A stretch of 64,000 nt of DNA from Verrucomicrobiota bacterium. GTDB taxonomy: Bacteria; Verrucomicrobiota; Verrucomicrobiia; Opitutales; UBA953. This document shows, one piece after another, positions 9,684 through 18,634 of the stretch (its first letter is position 1; each line of letters opens with the position of its first letter). Location of the stretch: positions 20,761 through 84,760 of the forward strand of contig VHCL01000005.1 in assembly GCA_016871725.1 (NCBI GenBank), given 5' to 3'. Position numbers and translations under genes: made by a program. Under the pieces are notes generated by a model that worked only from the letters and a program-made list of their open reading frames with translations, was not told the origin of the DNA and did not search any database.

Positions 9684-9896
9684 ATGAGCGACGATTACGA
9701 CGACGAGAACTTCAGCTCCGACGACGAATACGGCGAGGGCGGCATCCCGGCGGACCTGGAGGCCGACATCGAGGAAAAGATCCAGCGGGAGGTCGACGAG
9801 CGCACCAGCTCACTCTACGAGGATGCTCGCCCCCGCTCCGGCGGCTGCCTCCTCATCCTCGCCCTCCCCCTCCTCGGCCTCTGGCTCCTGAGGTAG
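9684..9896 (+). CDS. small acidic protein with C-terminal hydrophobic anchor (hypothetical)
   Basis: 70 aa from MSDDYDDENF, GC3-rich codons, C-terminal CLLILALPLLGLWLL. Divergent from the glycosyltransferase. The TAG stop lies inside the repeat. Confidence 0.4.
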   Translation: MSDDYDDENFSSDDEYGEGGIPADLEADIEEKIQREVDERTSSLYEDARPRSGGCLLILALPLLGLWLLR

Positions 9897-10054
9897 GGAC
9901 AGCACCACGTGTTGTCCTTGTTCGCCGCAGGGCGAACGAAGGTAGGGGCAAGATTCATCGTGCACTCCTTCAACTTAAGGGCGCGGCGAAGCCACGACCC
10001 TACCCTGGCGGTCCTGCGCCGGGGGAATCCAACCGCTAACCGCCAACCGCTAAC
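9890..10054. repeat. second mosaic palindromic element of the same architecture
   Basis: GAGGTAGGGACAGCACCACGTGTTGTCC at 9890-9917. Module 9939-10005 parallels 8676-8742. AACCGCY heptamers at 10031-10054. Confidence 0.7.
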
Positions 10055-10084
10055 ACCCTCCGCGATCTTTGCGTTGTGGAGCGC

Positions 10085-13000
10085 TCAACGCAAAGAACGC
10101 AGATACGCCACCAGATCGACCAGCTCCTTCTCGCTGAGCATGCCGTCCAAGCCGGCGGGCATGAGGCTCGTGGTCAGCTGCGTCGAGGAGGCGATGACTT
10201 CGTTCGTGAGCAGGCGGCTCTGACCGGAGGCTTCCTTGATGGTCACGCCCTCGGCGGAACGCGCCTGGATCAGGCCGAGCACGGTGCTGCCGTCGGTGAG
10301 CTGGAAGGAGTTGAGGTCGTAATCGCGGGCGATGTTATAGCTCGGGAAGAGGATGCTCTCCACGAGCTCACGCTCGGCGCGGATGCCGCCGATCTTGCTG
10401 AGGTTCGGCCCGATCTCGTTGCCCTTGGCGCCGATCTTATGGCAGGCGATGCAGGCGCCCTTGCCCGACTCATAGACGGCGCGGCCGGCGGCCGGGTCGC
10501 CCTGCTTGACGGCCAGCTGGGCCAACGGGCCGAGACGTTCCCGCTTGGCGTCGTTGGCCGCGAGCGCGGCGTCGAACGAGGGCTCGAGGATCTCGTAGAC
10601 GTCCCGCGGTAGGAAACCGAACGCCTTGCGCACGAGGTCCTGCCGGAAGGTGCCGAGCATCGCGGACTTGCTCAGGGCGACGGCGATCTTACGACCGGTC
10701 TCCTTCGAGATGCGCTTGTAGTTCTGCGGCACGGCCAGCGCGACGAGGAGTTCGTTCTGCTCCAGCGGGCCGGCGTTCGGCAGCAAGGCGAGGTAGGCGT
10801 CCCACTGCGCCGGGGTGAGCCTGGTGTTGGCCAGGCGGGCGGCGGCATCCATCCGCAGACCCGGACTGGCCGGGTCGACGAACAGATCGGTGAGCAGCTT
10901 GAAGGCGGCCTCGCTTAGGTCTTCGCCGCTGCCGGAGAGCGCGAGGAGCGCCTTGAGGCGGAGCGAGGACGGCTTGGCGGTGTCGGCGGCGATCGTGTTG
11001 AGCGCGGCGTCGAAACGCTTGTCCTTCACGTGCGCGAGGGCGTCCAGCAGGAGCGGCGAGGCGCCCTGCGCGAGCTGGGCCTCGAGCGCGGGGAGCCAGC
11101 CCTTGGCGTTGACCTTGCCGGACTGGGCCGCGATGGCGCGGAGCGCGGCCTGACGGACCGCGACCTTCTCGTGCGCGAGCATCTGGGCGATGCCCTTGGC
11201 CACGCCCGGCTGGCCGGCCAGCGCGGTGGCGAACTTGCCCATGGCCGCGACCTGCGTCGCGGACGGCGCGGGCTGCGCCAGCCACTGCGCGAAGAGCGGC
11301 GCGACGACCGCGTCGGCGTCCGGGGCCTTGCTCAGGGCGAGGTAGGCGTTCTTCGCCAAGGCGACTTCCGCGGAATCAGCCTGACCGACCGCGAACTTCA
11401 GGACCTCGCCGTAGTCCGACTCCTTCGTGCGGGTCTGCGAGACGATGCGGAGGAGGCGCGCCTGGGCGACCGGCCCTTTGACGGCGGCTAGGTCGGCGGC
11501 GGTGAAGCCGGCGAGACGCATGCCGGCGGTGAGGATGGCGTGCTCGAGCACCAGGTCGGCCTCACGCGAGAGGAGCCCGCGGATGGCTTCGGTGATGGCG
11601 GGAGACCTGGTCTCGCGGAAAGTCAGGCCTTCGAGGCCGCGACGGACGACCGCCTGGTCGGCGGACGAGAGCTGGGCGAGGAGTTCGGCGTCGGTCTTCA
11701 CCGGCGCGGGCGCGAACGGACGGTGAGCCTGGGCGACGGCCGCATGCGCGGCCTTGCCATCGGCGGTGCGACGCACGCGGTAGATCGCGCCGGGGACGTT
11801 CGCCACGCCCTGCAGGCTGGACGGGCAATGCGAATACCAGGTGCCGGTGTCGACGATGAGCAGCGAGCCGTCCGGGGCTTCGATGACGTCGGAAAGGTGC
11901 GCTCCCTTGCGGTCGAGGGTGAAGAACTCGTGCTCGGTCGCCTGATAGGTGGCGCCTTCGGGCTTCAGTTCGAAGCGCACGATCTTCTGGGAGTTATAGA
12001 AAGAGACGAGGAGGTTGAGGTTGTCCGGCGACGAGGAAAGCGGATGATCGGCAGGGGCGACGCGGTCGCCGTGCTTCCAGAAAGAGCAGCCGCTGGGGAC
12101 GACGTGGCCGAGCTCCTTGAGGATCGGCATGCGCTCATGGGTACGCGGCAGGTCGGCGATGATGCGCAGGAAGTCCGGGCGCTCGTAGACGCCGCCGAGC
12201 TGCCACTGCATGAGGGTGTCGACGCGCGGGCTGCCGAAATAGAGGTCGACGGTGCCGACGATCTCGCCGGTCGGGGTGAAGTCGATGCTGGCCGGATTAT
12301 CGGCGCAGCCGAGGGCATGCCAGCGGATGTCGGTGCCGTCGGTCTTCATCGACCAGACGCCGCTGTTGAGGCCGGCGTGCACGAGCGTGCCGTCCTTCTG
12401 CTTCACGGTGTGGCCCTTGCGGCCATGCGTCCAATAGAGGCGGCCGTCGGGGTGCAGGCGCGGTCCATGGCAATCGGCGCCGTTGGCGGTCCAGGCGAAG
12501 CCGCCCACGACGAGCTCGCGCTTCTCGGCCACGCCGTCGTCGTCCGCGTCGGTGAACTTCCAGATGCCGGGCGGCGAGGCGACGAAGAGGCTGCCGTCGG
12601 CCCAGCACCCGCCCTTGGGCACGGCGAGCTTGTCCGCGAAGACGGTGCTGCGCTCGAACACGCCGTCGCCGTCCCGGTCCTCGAGCATGAGGACGCGGTT
12701 CGGGAGGACGGCTTCGAACTTCTTCGGGCTCCAATTCACGCCAGCGGAGTCGCCCACGAAGAGGCGGCCACGGTCATCGACGCATCCCATGGTGGGATTG
12801 GCTACCATTGGAGAGGTGGCGGCGACGACCATTTCAAAACCCACGGGGAGCTTATGCTTCAGCCCGCCCTGCGGCAGCTGAGCCTTCGTCAGTTCGAGGA
12901 ACTGCGGGCGGTAGGCGTAGGCGGGGAATTCCTCGCCGTCGCCGTGCCCCGCCGGCTTGGCGGCGCCCCACTTCTCCTTGAACGTACCGAGGGGGTGCAG

Positions 13001-13837
13001 TTCGAAGCGGCGCACGAACATCTCGGCGGCCTCGACCTGCAGGAGGATGCGGCCCTGGCTGGGCTTGCACTCGAAGGCTTCGTTCACCTTCACGCCGTTG
13101 ACGAAATACTGGAGCGTGTCGCCCTTGGCGATCACCTCGAAGCGGGTCCACTGGCCGAAGGGCGACTCGACGTCGTCCTTGCCGCGGAAGCCGAGCGTGT
13201 CCTTCCAGTCGACGTCGCGCTTCTGCCAGTTCAGGCGGCCGCCCTTCATGGTCTGGCGGGGCGCGCCCGGGGTCCACACCTTCTCCTTGTCGCGGTCGAG
13301 ACCGACCTCGGCGCTGATCGATGTCTGGAGGACGGTGCCGTCGGCGAGCTTCGGCGCAAGGACGAGGATGTCGCCCACGCCGCCTTCGATGATCTGGGCT
13401 TCGATGCTGGCCATCCAGCTGCCGCCCACGGCGCCCTGCGGCCCATAGCAGTGCACGAGGATGCCGTTGTCGCGCGTGGCCTTGGCGCGCTTGCCCCAGG
13501 TCTTGTCGCCCCACTTGAACTCGATGACGAGGTGGTAGTCCTTGAAGCTGTCGAGGGTCGTGATGCCGCCGTAGCCGTTGCCGCTGACGTGGAACAGGCC
13601 GTCGGGCTCGAACTTGAAGACGTTCTTAGGGTCGTCGACGATGTCGGCCTTGGGGTTGAGGTGCGTCTCGGCCTTTCCTTCGCGGAAGAGGTCGAGGACG
13701 TTCACTTTCTTGGTCACGGCCTGCGCGACGGGTTCCGGCGGCAGGACGATCTTGGCGACCGGCTGCTTATTCTGCGCGGAAAGTCCGGCGACGGACAGCA
13801 GCGCGAACGCGAAGGCGGCGAGGGTTGGGGTTCTCAT
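10085..13837 (-). CDS. PVC-type haem-binding CxxCH protein (DUF1080 + dehydrogenase-like beta-propeller + HEAT repeats + cytochrome c)
   Basis: 1250 aa with signal peptide. N-terminal 3-keto-disaccharide hydrolase-like region, central propeller-like region, Ala/Leu-rich HEAT-like repeats, C-terminal GKGACIACHKIG haem site. Confidence 0.8.
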   Translation of the reverse strand: MRTPTLAAFAFALLSVAGLSAQNKQPVAKIVLPPEPVAQAVTKKVNVLDLFREGKAETHLNPKADIVDDPKNVFKFEPDGLFHVSGNGYGGITTLDSFKDYHLVIEFKWGDKTWGKRAKATRDNGILVHCYGPQGAVGGSWMASIEAQIIEGGVGDILVLAPKLADGTVLQTSISAEVGLDRDKEKVWTPGAPRQTMKGGRLNWQKRDVDWKDTLGFRGKDDVESPFGQWTRFEVIAKGDTLQYFVNGVKVNEAFECKPSQGRILLQVEAAEMFVRRFELHPLGTFKEKWGAAKPAGHGDGEEFPAYAYRPQFLELTKAQLPQGGLKHKLPVGFEMVVAATSPMVANPTMGCVDDRGRLFVGDSAGVNWSPKKFEAVLPNRVLMLEDRDGDGVFERSTVFADKLAVPKGGCWADGSLFVASPPGIWKFTDADDDGVAEKRELVVGGFAWTANGADCHGPRLHPDGRLYWTHGRKGHTVKQKDGTLVHAGLNSGVWSMKTDGTDIRWHALGCADNPASIDFTPTGEIVGTVDLYFGSPRVDTLMQWQLGGVYERPDFLRIIADLPRTHERMPILKELGHVVPSGCSFWKHGDRVAPADHPLSSSPDNLNLLVSFYNSQKIVRFELKPEGATYQATEHEFFTLDRKGAHLSDVIEAPDGSLLIVDTGTWYSHCPSSLQGVANVPGAIYRVRRTADGKAAHAAVAQAHRPFAPAPVKTDAELLAQLSSADQAVVRRGLEGLTFRETRSPAITEAIRGLLSREADLVLEHAILTAGMRLAGFTAADLAAVKGPVAQARLLRIVSQTRTKESDYGEVLKFAVGQADSAEVALAKNAYLALSKAPDADAVVAPLFAQWLAQPAPSATQVAAMGKFATALAGQPGVAKGIAQMLAHEKVAVRQAALRAIAAQSGKVNAKGWLPALEAQLAQGASPLLLDALAHVKDKRFDAALNTIAADTAKPSSLRLKALLALSGSGEDLSEAAFKLLTDLFVDPASPGLRMDAAARLANTRLTPAQWDAYLALLPNAGPLEQNELLVALAVPQNYKRISKETGRKIAVALSKSAMLGTFRQDLVRKAFGFLPRDVYEILEPSFDAALAANDAKRERLGPLAQLAVKQGDPAAGRAVYESGKGACIACHKIGAKGNEIGPNLSKIGGIRAERELVESILFPSYNIARDYDLNSFQLTDGSTVLGLIQARSAEGVTIKEASGQSRLLTNEVIASSTQLTTSLMPAGLDGMLSEKELVDLVAYLRSLR

Positions 13838-13992
13838 GGGGTGAAAGAGAAAGAGGGGCGAAGCACCCGTGATGTTCCAACGCTCTCCCCATTCTTCAAC
13901 CCTTTCGCACCTATTGAGCGGAATAGGTCATTATCCGAGCGGAATTCGACAGGTAGGGTCCAGACCATGTGACGACCTAGCGGCCTGCATCC

Positions 13993-14020
13993 AAGGGTGG
14001 GACAGCACCACATGCTGCCC
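13993..14020. repeat. degenerate copy of the GGTAGGGGCAGCAC palindrome
   Basis: AAGGGTGGGACAGCACCACATGCTGCCC in the divergent intergenic region. Matches 8616-8643 and 9890-9917 with substitutions. Confidence 0.5.
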
Positions 14021-14087
14021 TAATTGCCGCCACTCTCAGGTGGCGGGCTTCTTCGCGGATTGCCCCACCTGACGGCTGGGGCTAAAA

Positions 14088-15179
14088 ATGACAACGATGA
14101 GCCGCCCCGTCATCTCGCTCGGAATCACCCTGCTCGCCTTTGTCCACGCCCTCGCCGCGCCGGTGAAGGTGCTGCTCATCGGCCAGCCGCCCGACCACGG
14201 CTACCGCTCCCATACCTACCTACCCGATTGCGCGCTCATCGCGAAGTGGCTCAAGCAGAACGGCGACTTCGAGACGGCCGTCGCCCGCGGCTGGCCGGAA
14301 GACCCCCGCGCCTTCGATGGCGTCGCCGCGGTCGTGCTGCACGACAAGCTCGGCGGCGACGTCTTCTTTGCGCCGTCCCATGCCACGCAGGCCCAGGCGC
14401 TCATCGATCGCGGCGTCGGGCTCGTCGCGTTGCACTGGGGCACGGGCTCCGCCGACCCGGCCTCCGCCGGTCCTTGGCTCGCCGCTCTCGGCGGACATTT
14501 CAACGCCCAGAAAGGGGGCTTCTCCCGCTACAAGGTAGAGGCGAGCACGGTGCGCCTCGCCGACCCGTCGCATCCGATCAGCCGTGGCTGGCAGGATTTC
14601 CCGATGCGGGACGAATGGTATTACGACCTGCGCTTCCTGCCCGCCGCCAAGCCGGTCGCGTTGGCGAAGATCGGCGGCAAGGATTACCCGGTCGGCTGGG
14701 CTTACGAGCGCCCCACGGGCGGACGATCTTTCGGGTTCGTCGGCCTGCACTTCCACGACAACCTCGCCTCCGAACCCTTCCGGCGTCTGATCGTCAACGG
14801 CGTGCTCTGGGCCGCGCAGGCCGAAGTGCCTGCGGCCGGCGCGACGGTGGAGATGGAGCCCAAGGACCTCGATCTGCCGGAGGAATTCGAAAGGCTGAAA
14901 CCCGCCGCCAAGCCCGCGGCCAACCGCCCCGCCGGCGACCCGCTCATCGTCAAGCGCATGGCCGAAAGCGGTTCGTATCAGGAACGCATGGATCACGCGC
15001 TCGAACACGGCGCACCCATCCCGCAGGCCCTCGCCGAGACCCGGGCCTTCCTGCTCACCGCTCCCGGCGTCGATCCGCAGTCCGTCGAGACCACCGGCGT
15101 CGGCATCCATTACAAGACGACCGAAGGCTTCAGCTATTACCTACGCGTTCCCTTCGACCGCCTCCCAGGCATCAAGTGA
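14088..15179 (+). CDS. ThuA domain-containing protein (secreted)
   Basis: 363 aa with signal peptide. KVLLIGQPPDHGYRSH... and LVALHWGTG patterns typical of the ThuA-like glutamine-amidotransferase-like fold. Confidence 0.7.
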   Translation: MTTMSRPVISLGITLLAFVHALAAPVKVLLIGQPPDHGYRSHTYLPDCALIAKWLKQNGDFETAVARGWPEDPRAFDGVAAVVLHDKLGGDVFFAPSHATQAQALIDRGVGLVALHWGTGSADPASAGPWLAALGGHFNAQKGGFSRYKVEASTVRLADPSHPISRGWQDFPMRDEWYYDLRFLPAAKPVALAKIGGKDYPVGWAYERPTGGRSFGFVGLHFHDNLASEPFRRLIVNGVLWAAQAEVPAAGATVEMEPKDLDLPEEFERLKPAAKPAANRPAGDPLIVKRMAESGSYQERMDHALEHGAPIPQALAETRAFLLTAPGVDPQSVETTGVGIHYKTTEGFSYYLRVPFDRLPGIK

Positions 15180-15246
15180 CGAGACCGCCGCATGCCGACC
15201 GTGCGTCAAGTCACGGCATCGACCTGCCCGCACGTGCAATGATCCG

Positions 15247-15294
15247 TTCAGCCCTCCACGCAGTCCTCCACGCTGACCTCAACTCAGTCCTCCA
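15247..15294 (+). repeat. tandem 12-nt array (YKCAGNCCTCMA x4)
   Basis: TTCAGCCCTCCA CGCAGTCCTCCA CGCTGACCTCAA CTCAGTCCTCCA, between convergent genes. Confidence 0.8.
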
Positions 15295-15303
15295 TTCTGC
15301 CCG

Positions 15304-15961
15304 CTACGCTCTCGACTTCAGCGCGACGACCGCCGCCTTCAACTCCTTTGTCCGCGTCTTCACGTCGCCGGCCGGTTCCATGGGCGCGCCGATGACGATC
15401 GTGACGCCCCTTCGGTAGAACGGCCAGAGGCAGAAGAGGATCATGTTCTGCACCGTGATCGAGAACGGCGTCACCCAGCGGCCGGGGTAGTTGCCATAAT
15501 GGAAATACACCGGGACCATCGGCACGCCAGCCTGCTGGGCGATGCGCACCGCGCCGGTCTTGAAAGGAAGTTCGGCGTCGCCCAAAGCCTCCACCAGCCC
15601 CGTCGGACAGATCGCCACGGTCTCGCCTCGCCTGAGCAGCGCGACCGCGTCGTCGATCGAGACCTGGACGAACCCCCAGCGCAGCGCGTGTTTCTTCAGG
15701 AAGGGAAAACTGAACACCAACGGGTGCACCAGCAGCCGCGGAAGCCCGGAGCATCCCGAACAGGAACACGTCCCGGTAACTGACATGATTCCCGCAGAGC
15801 AGCACCGGCCCCTCCGGCACGGCGCCCACCACCTTCACCTCACCCACCAGCATCCGTACCAGCGAAACCGCCGGCCGCGGCGCTTCGTGTGAATTCTCGG
15901 CTGCAGTCATCGTCAGCAAATCATCGCTGATCGACGAACGAGGGCAACCCATACCCGACAC
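15304..15961 (-). pseudogene. lysophospholipid (PlsC-like) acyltransferase interrupted by a 1-nt frameshift
   Basis: The N-terminal part with CGNHVSYRD (HX4D) lies in the frame of ORF 15284..15961. The remainder (LPRLLVHP..., GETVAICPTG, VPMVPVYF) lies in the frame of ORF 15304..15786. The frames switch at a CCC/GGG run near 15745-15747. Confidence 0.55.
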
Positions 15962-16030
15962 AGATCAGGACTCCATCCCTCCCGACCTTCGCGCCCTCCG
16001 GTCATCGGGCCCTCCTGTCTTCCTTAAAAC

Positions 16031-16118
16031 TGGCGGAGAGGGAGGGATTCGAACCCCCGGAGCCTTGCGGCTCGGCTGATTTCAAGTCAGCTGCAATCGA
16101 CCACTCTGCCACCTCTCC
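16031..16118 (-). tRNA. tRNA-Ser (anticodon TGA), CCA encoded
   Basis: Reverse complement: acceptor GGAGAGG/CCTCTCC, anticodon stem GCTGA/TCAGC with loop CTTGAAA, long variable arm, GGTTCGAATCC T-loop, G-CCA end. Confidence 0.85.
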
Positions 16119-16216
16119 GTAAGAGGGATTCAACGGCGGCTGGGGTCTTTCCTCAAGTCCATTCGGTGCTTTCCCCTTGGGCTTTCTCCGGCTTTCCCAA
16201 ACGCCTGTGATTCGGC

Positions 16217-17368
16217 GTGGATGCGCGCATGAGCACGTGCGCCCGCGTCGAGGAGATCGACGGCCCTTACGGCCCCTTCGCCATCGGCGAACGCGCCATC
16301 CAACGCCTCTGGGCCTCGGGCGAAGTCCGCGGCCCGATGGCCGCCGCCTCGGGCGCGACGATCGAGATCCTGCATCCCGGCGACTGGAACCGCGGCGCGG
16401 GACCCGACTTCCTGGCGGCGGAGATCCTCGTCGACGGACGCCGTCTCCGCGGCGACATCGAGATCCACCTGCGCTGCGCCGACTGGCACGCGCATGGCCA
16501 CGACCGTGACCCGCACTTCGGGGGCGTCATCCTGCACGCGGTCCTGCTCCCGGGCACGAAGGACGTGACGACGCACTCGGGCCACCGCCCGGAAACGGTG
16601 GTGCTCCTGCCCTACCTGCCGCGCGACCTCGAGGATCTCGCCGAAGAAGACGCCCTGCTGGAGCTCCGCGGCCGTTCCCGCGAGGTCGCCCGGCGCGTCC
16701 TCGCCGCGGAGCCGAACCTGGTGCTCGGCCTCCGTCGTCGCGCCCTCGAACGCTTCCGCAACAAGACCAAGCACGCCCGCGCCCGGGTGCGGGAGGTCGG
16801 CTGGGACGCGGCCTGTCATGAGCTGTTCGTCGAAGCGCTCGGCCTCGGCGGCAACCGCGCCCCGATGTCCGAACTGGCCCGCAGCCATCCCCCGGAGGAG
16901 ATGCTCGTGCTCGGCCTCGACGCGCTCTACATGGAGAAATGCGGACGCTGGCGTCTGCGCGGCCTCCGCCCCGCCGGCCACCCGCACCGCCGGCTCGCCC
17001 AATACCTCGAACTGCACCGGCGACGGCCCGACTGGCGGGCGCGCCTGCGCGACTGGGCCCTCGCCCTGCCCTCCTCGCCGCTCAAGCCCGCCCGCCGCCG
17101 GCTCATCGACGAGGTCTTCGCCTGCCTGCTTTCCGACGGACGCGCGGACACGCTCTGCATCAACGCCCTGCTTCCGCTGCTGCAGGACGCCCGGCACTCC
17201 ATGGACCGGAGCTGGCTCGACTGGCCGCCCGGCCATCACCCCGACGACATCCAGGACGCCCGCGGACTGATCGGTCTCACCGGCCCCGCCCGCAATTGGG
17301 AAGTGCAAGGCATCCTCGACGTCCTCCGCCGCTCGATGAGCCCGGCCGAACCCTCCGCGAACGCCTAA
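16217..17368 (+). CDS. DUF2851 family protein
   Basis: 383 aa with GPDF..A.I..DG....GDIEIHL...DW..HGH pattern as I recall for DUF2851. Exact start uncertain. Confidence 0.6.
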   Translation: MDARMSTCARVEEIDGPYGPFAIGERAIQRLWASGEVRGPMAAASGATIEILHPGDWNRGAGPDFLAAEILVDGRRLRGDIEIHLRCADWHAHGHDRDPHFGGVILHAVLLPGTKDVTTHSGHRPETVVLLPYLPRDLEDLAEEDALLELRGRSREVARRVLAAEPNLVLGLRRRALERFRNKTKHARARVREVGWDAACHELFVEALGLGGNRAPMSELARSHPPEEMLVLGLDALYMEKCGRWRLRGLRPAGHPHRRLAQYLELHRRRPDWRARLRDWALALPSSPLKPARRRLIDEVFACLLSDGRADTLCINALLPLLQDARHSMDRSWLDWPPGHHPDDIQDARGLIGLTGPARNWEVQGILDVLRRSMSPAEPSANA

Positions 17369-18585
17369 GCCATCATCTTCCGCGCCTTCTCCAGCGAGAC
17401 GGCCAGGCGGTCGACTTCCTCGAGCGTGTTGTAGAACGCGAAGGAGACGCGGGCGGTGCCGCTGAGGCCGTAATGCTTCATCAGCGGCATGCAGCAGTGG
17501 TGGCCGGTACGGATGGCGATGCCGTCCGCGTCGAGCAGCGTGCCGACGTCGTGCGGGTGGCCGCCCTCGAGGTTGAAGGAGATGACGGCGACCTTCTCCG
17601 AGGCCTCGCCGACGATGGTCAGGCCCTTGATGGCCTTGAGCCGTTCGGTCGCCGCGGCGAGCAGGGCCTGCTCATGCGCGTGCGCGGCTTCTTGGATGGG
17701 CATTACATATTCCAAAGCGACGCCGAGGGCGATGGCGCCGGAGATGTCCGGCGTGCCGGCCTCGAAACGCTCAGGGGCCTCGCGGAAAGTGGTGCCGCCG
17801 AAGTCGACCTTGCGGATCATGTCGCCACCGAACTGATAGGGCGGCATGTCGTCGAGCAACTCCGGACGGCCCCAGAGCACGCCGATGCCGGTCGGGCCGA
17901 AGGTCTTGTGGCCGGAGAAGGCGTAGAAGTCGCAACCGAGCGCGGGGACGTCGACCTTGAAGTGCGCGGCGGCCTGGCATCCGTCGATGAGCACCAAAGC
18001 GCCCGCGGCCTTGGCTAGACGAGTCATCTCGACGGCGGGATTGACGGTGCCGAGCGCGTTGGAGACGTGCGCGAAGGCGACGAGCTTGGTGCGGGCGGTA
18101 AGCAGGCCCTTGAAGGCCACGAGGTCGACCTCGCCGCGCGGCGTGACGGGCGTGACGACGACCTTGGCGCCGGTGCGTTCGGCGATGACCTGCCAAGGGA
18201 CGATGTTGGCGTGGTGCTCGAGATGGGTGAGCAGGATCTCGTCGCCGGCCTTGAGGTTGGCCCGGCCCCAGCACTCGGCCACGAGGTTGATGCCCTCGGT
18301 GGCGCCGCGCACGAAGACGCAGCCCCGGGTGTCCGTGAGGCCGAGGAACTTGGCGACGGAGCCGCGGGCGGCCTCATAGGCCGTGGTGGCCTCCTCGCTC
18401 AGAAGGTGGACGCCGCGGTGGACGTTGGCGTTCTGCTCGGCGTAATAGCGCTCGAGGGCCCGGAGGACGGCCGTGGGCTTCTGCGAGGTGGCGGCGTTGT
18501 CGAGGTAGGTCAGCGGCCGGCCGCGCACGGAACGTCCCAGGATCGGGAAGTCCTTGCGGCAGGCGGCGACGTCGAACGCGGGCAT
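17365..18585 (-). CDS. sufS: cysteine desulfurase, SufS-type (class V aminotransferase)
   Basis: 406 aa with YLDNAATSQKP, FSGHKTFGPTGIGVL (PLP lysine) and RTGHHCCMPL active-site Cys loop. Confidence 0.9.
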   Translation of the reverse strand: MPAFDVAACRKDFPILGRSVRGRPLTYLDNAATSQKPTAVLRALERYYAEQNANVHRGVHLLSEEATTAYEAARGSVAKFLGLTDTRGCVFVRGATEGINLVAECWGRANLKAGDEILLTHLEHHANIVPWQVIAERTGAKVVVTPVTPRGEVDLVAFKGLLTARTKLVAFAHVSNALGTVNPAVEMTRLAKAAGALVLIDGCQAAAHFKVDVPALGCDFYAFSGHKTFGPTGIGVLWGRPELLDDMPPYQFGGDMIRKVDFGGTTFREAPERFEAGTPDISGAIALGVALEYVMPIQEAAHAHEQALLAAATERLKAIKGLTIVGEASEKVAVISFNLEGGHPHDVGTLLDADGIAIRTGHHCCMPLMKHYGLSGTARVSFAFYNTLEEVDRLAVSLEKARKMMA

Positions 18586-18634
18586 AAGGCCGAACGTAGG
18601 AGGACCGGGGCGGGGCGCAACCGGGAAGCGAACT

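Noticed and set aside
13910-13945. Resemblance of TTGAGCGGAATAGG to the lac operator core (GTGAGCGGATAAC)
   Set aside because: The match is partial with no dyad symmetry, and no LacI-family gene is nearby. It is kept only as an unassigned direct repeat.
11540-13972. 810-aa plus-strand ORF
   Set aside because: It is antisense to the 1250-aa haem/dehydrogenase gene, which has a clear domain structure. The composition is shadow-like.
15247-15294. The 12-nt arrays as coding for an [S/A]-x-L-[H/N] peptide repeat
   Set aside because: The arrays sit in different frames of different spurious ORFs at the four loci. The most variable nucleotide would be a second codon position. There is no consistent start or stop context.
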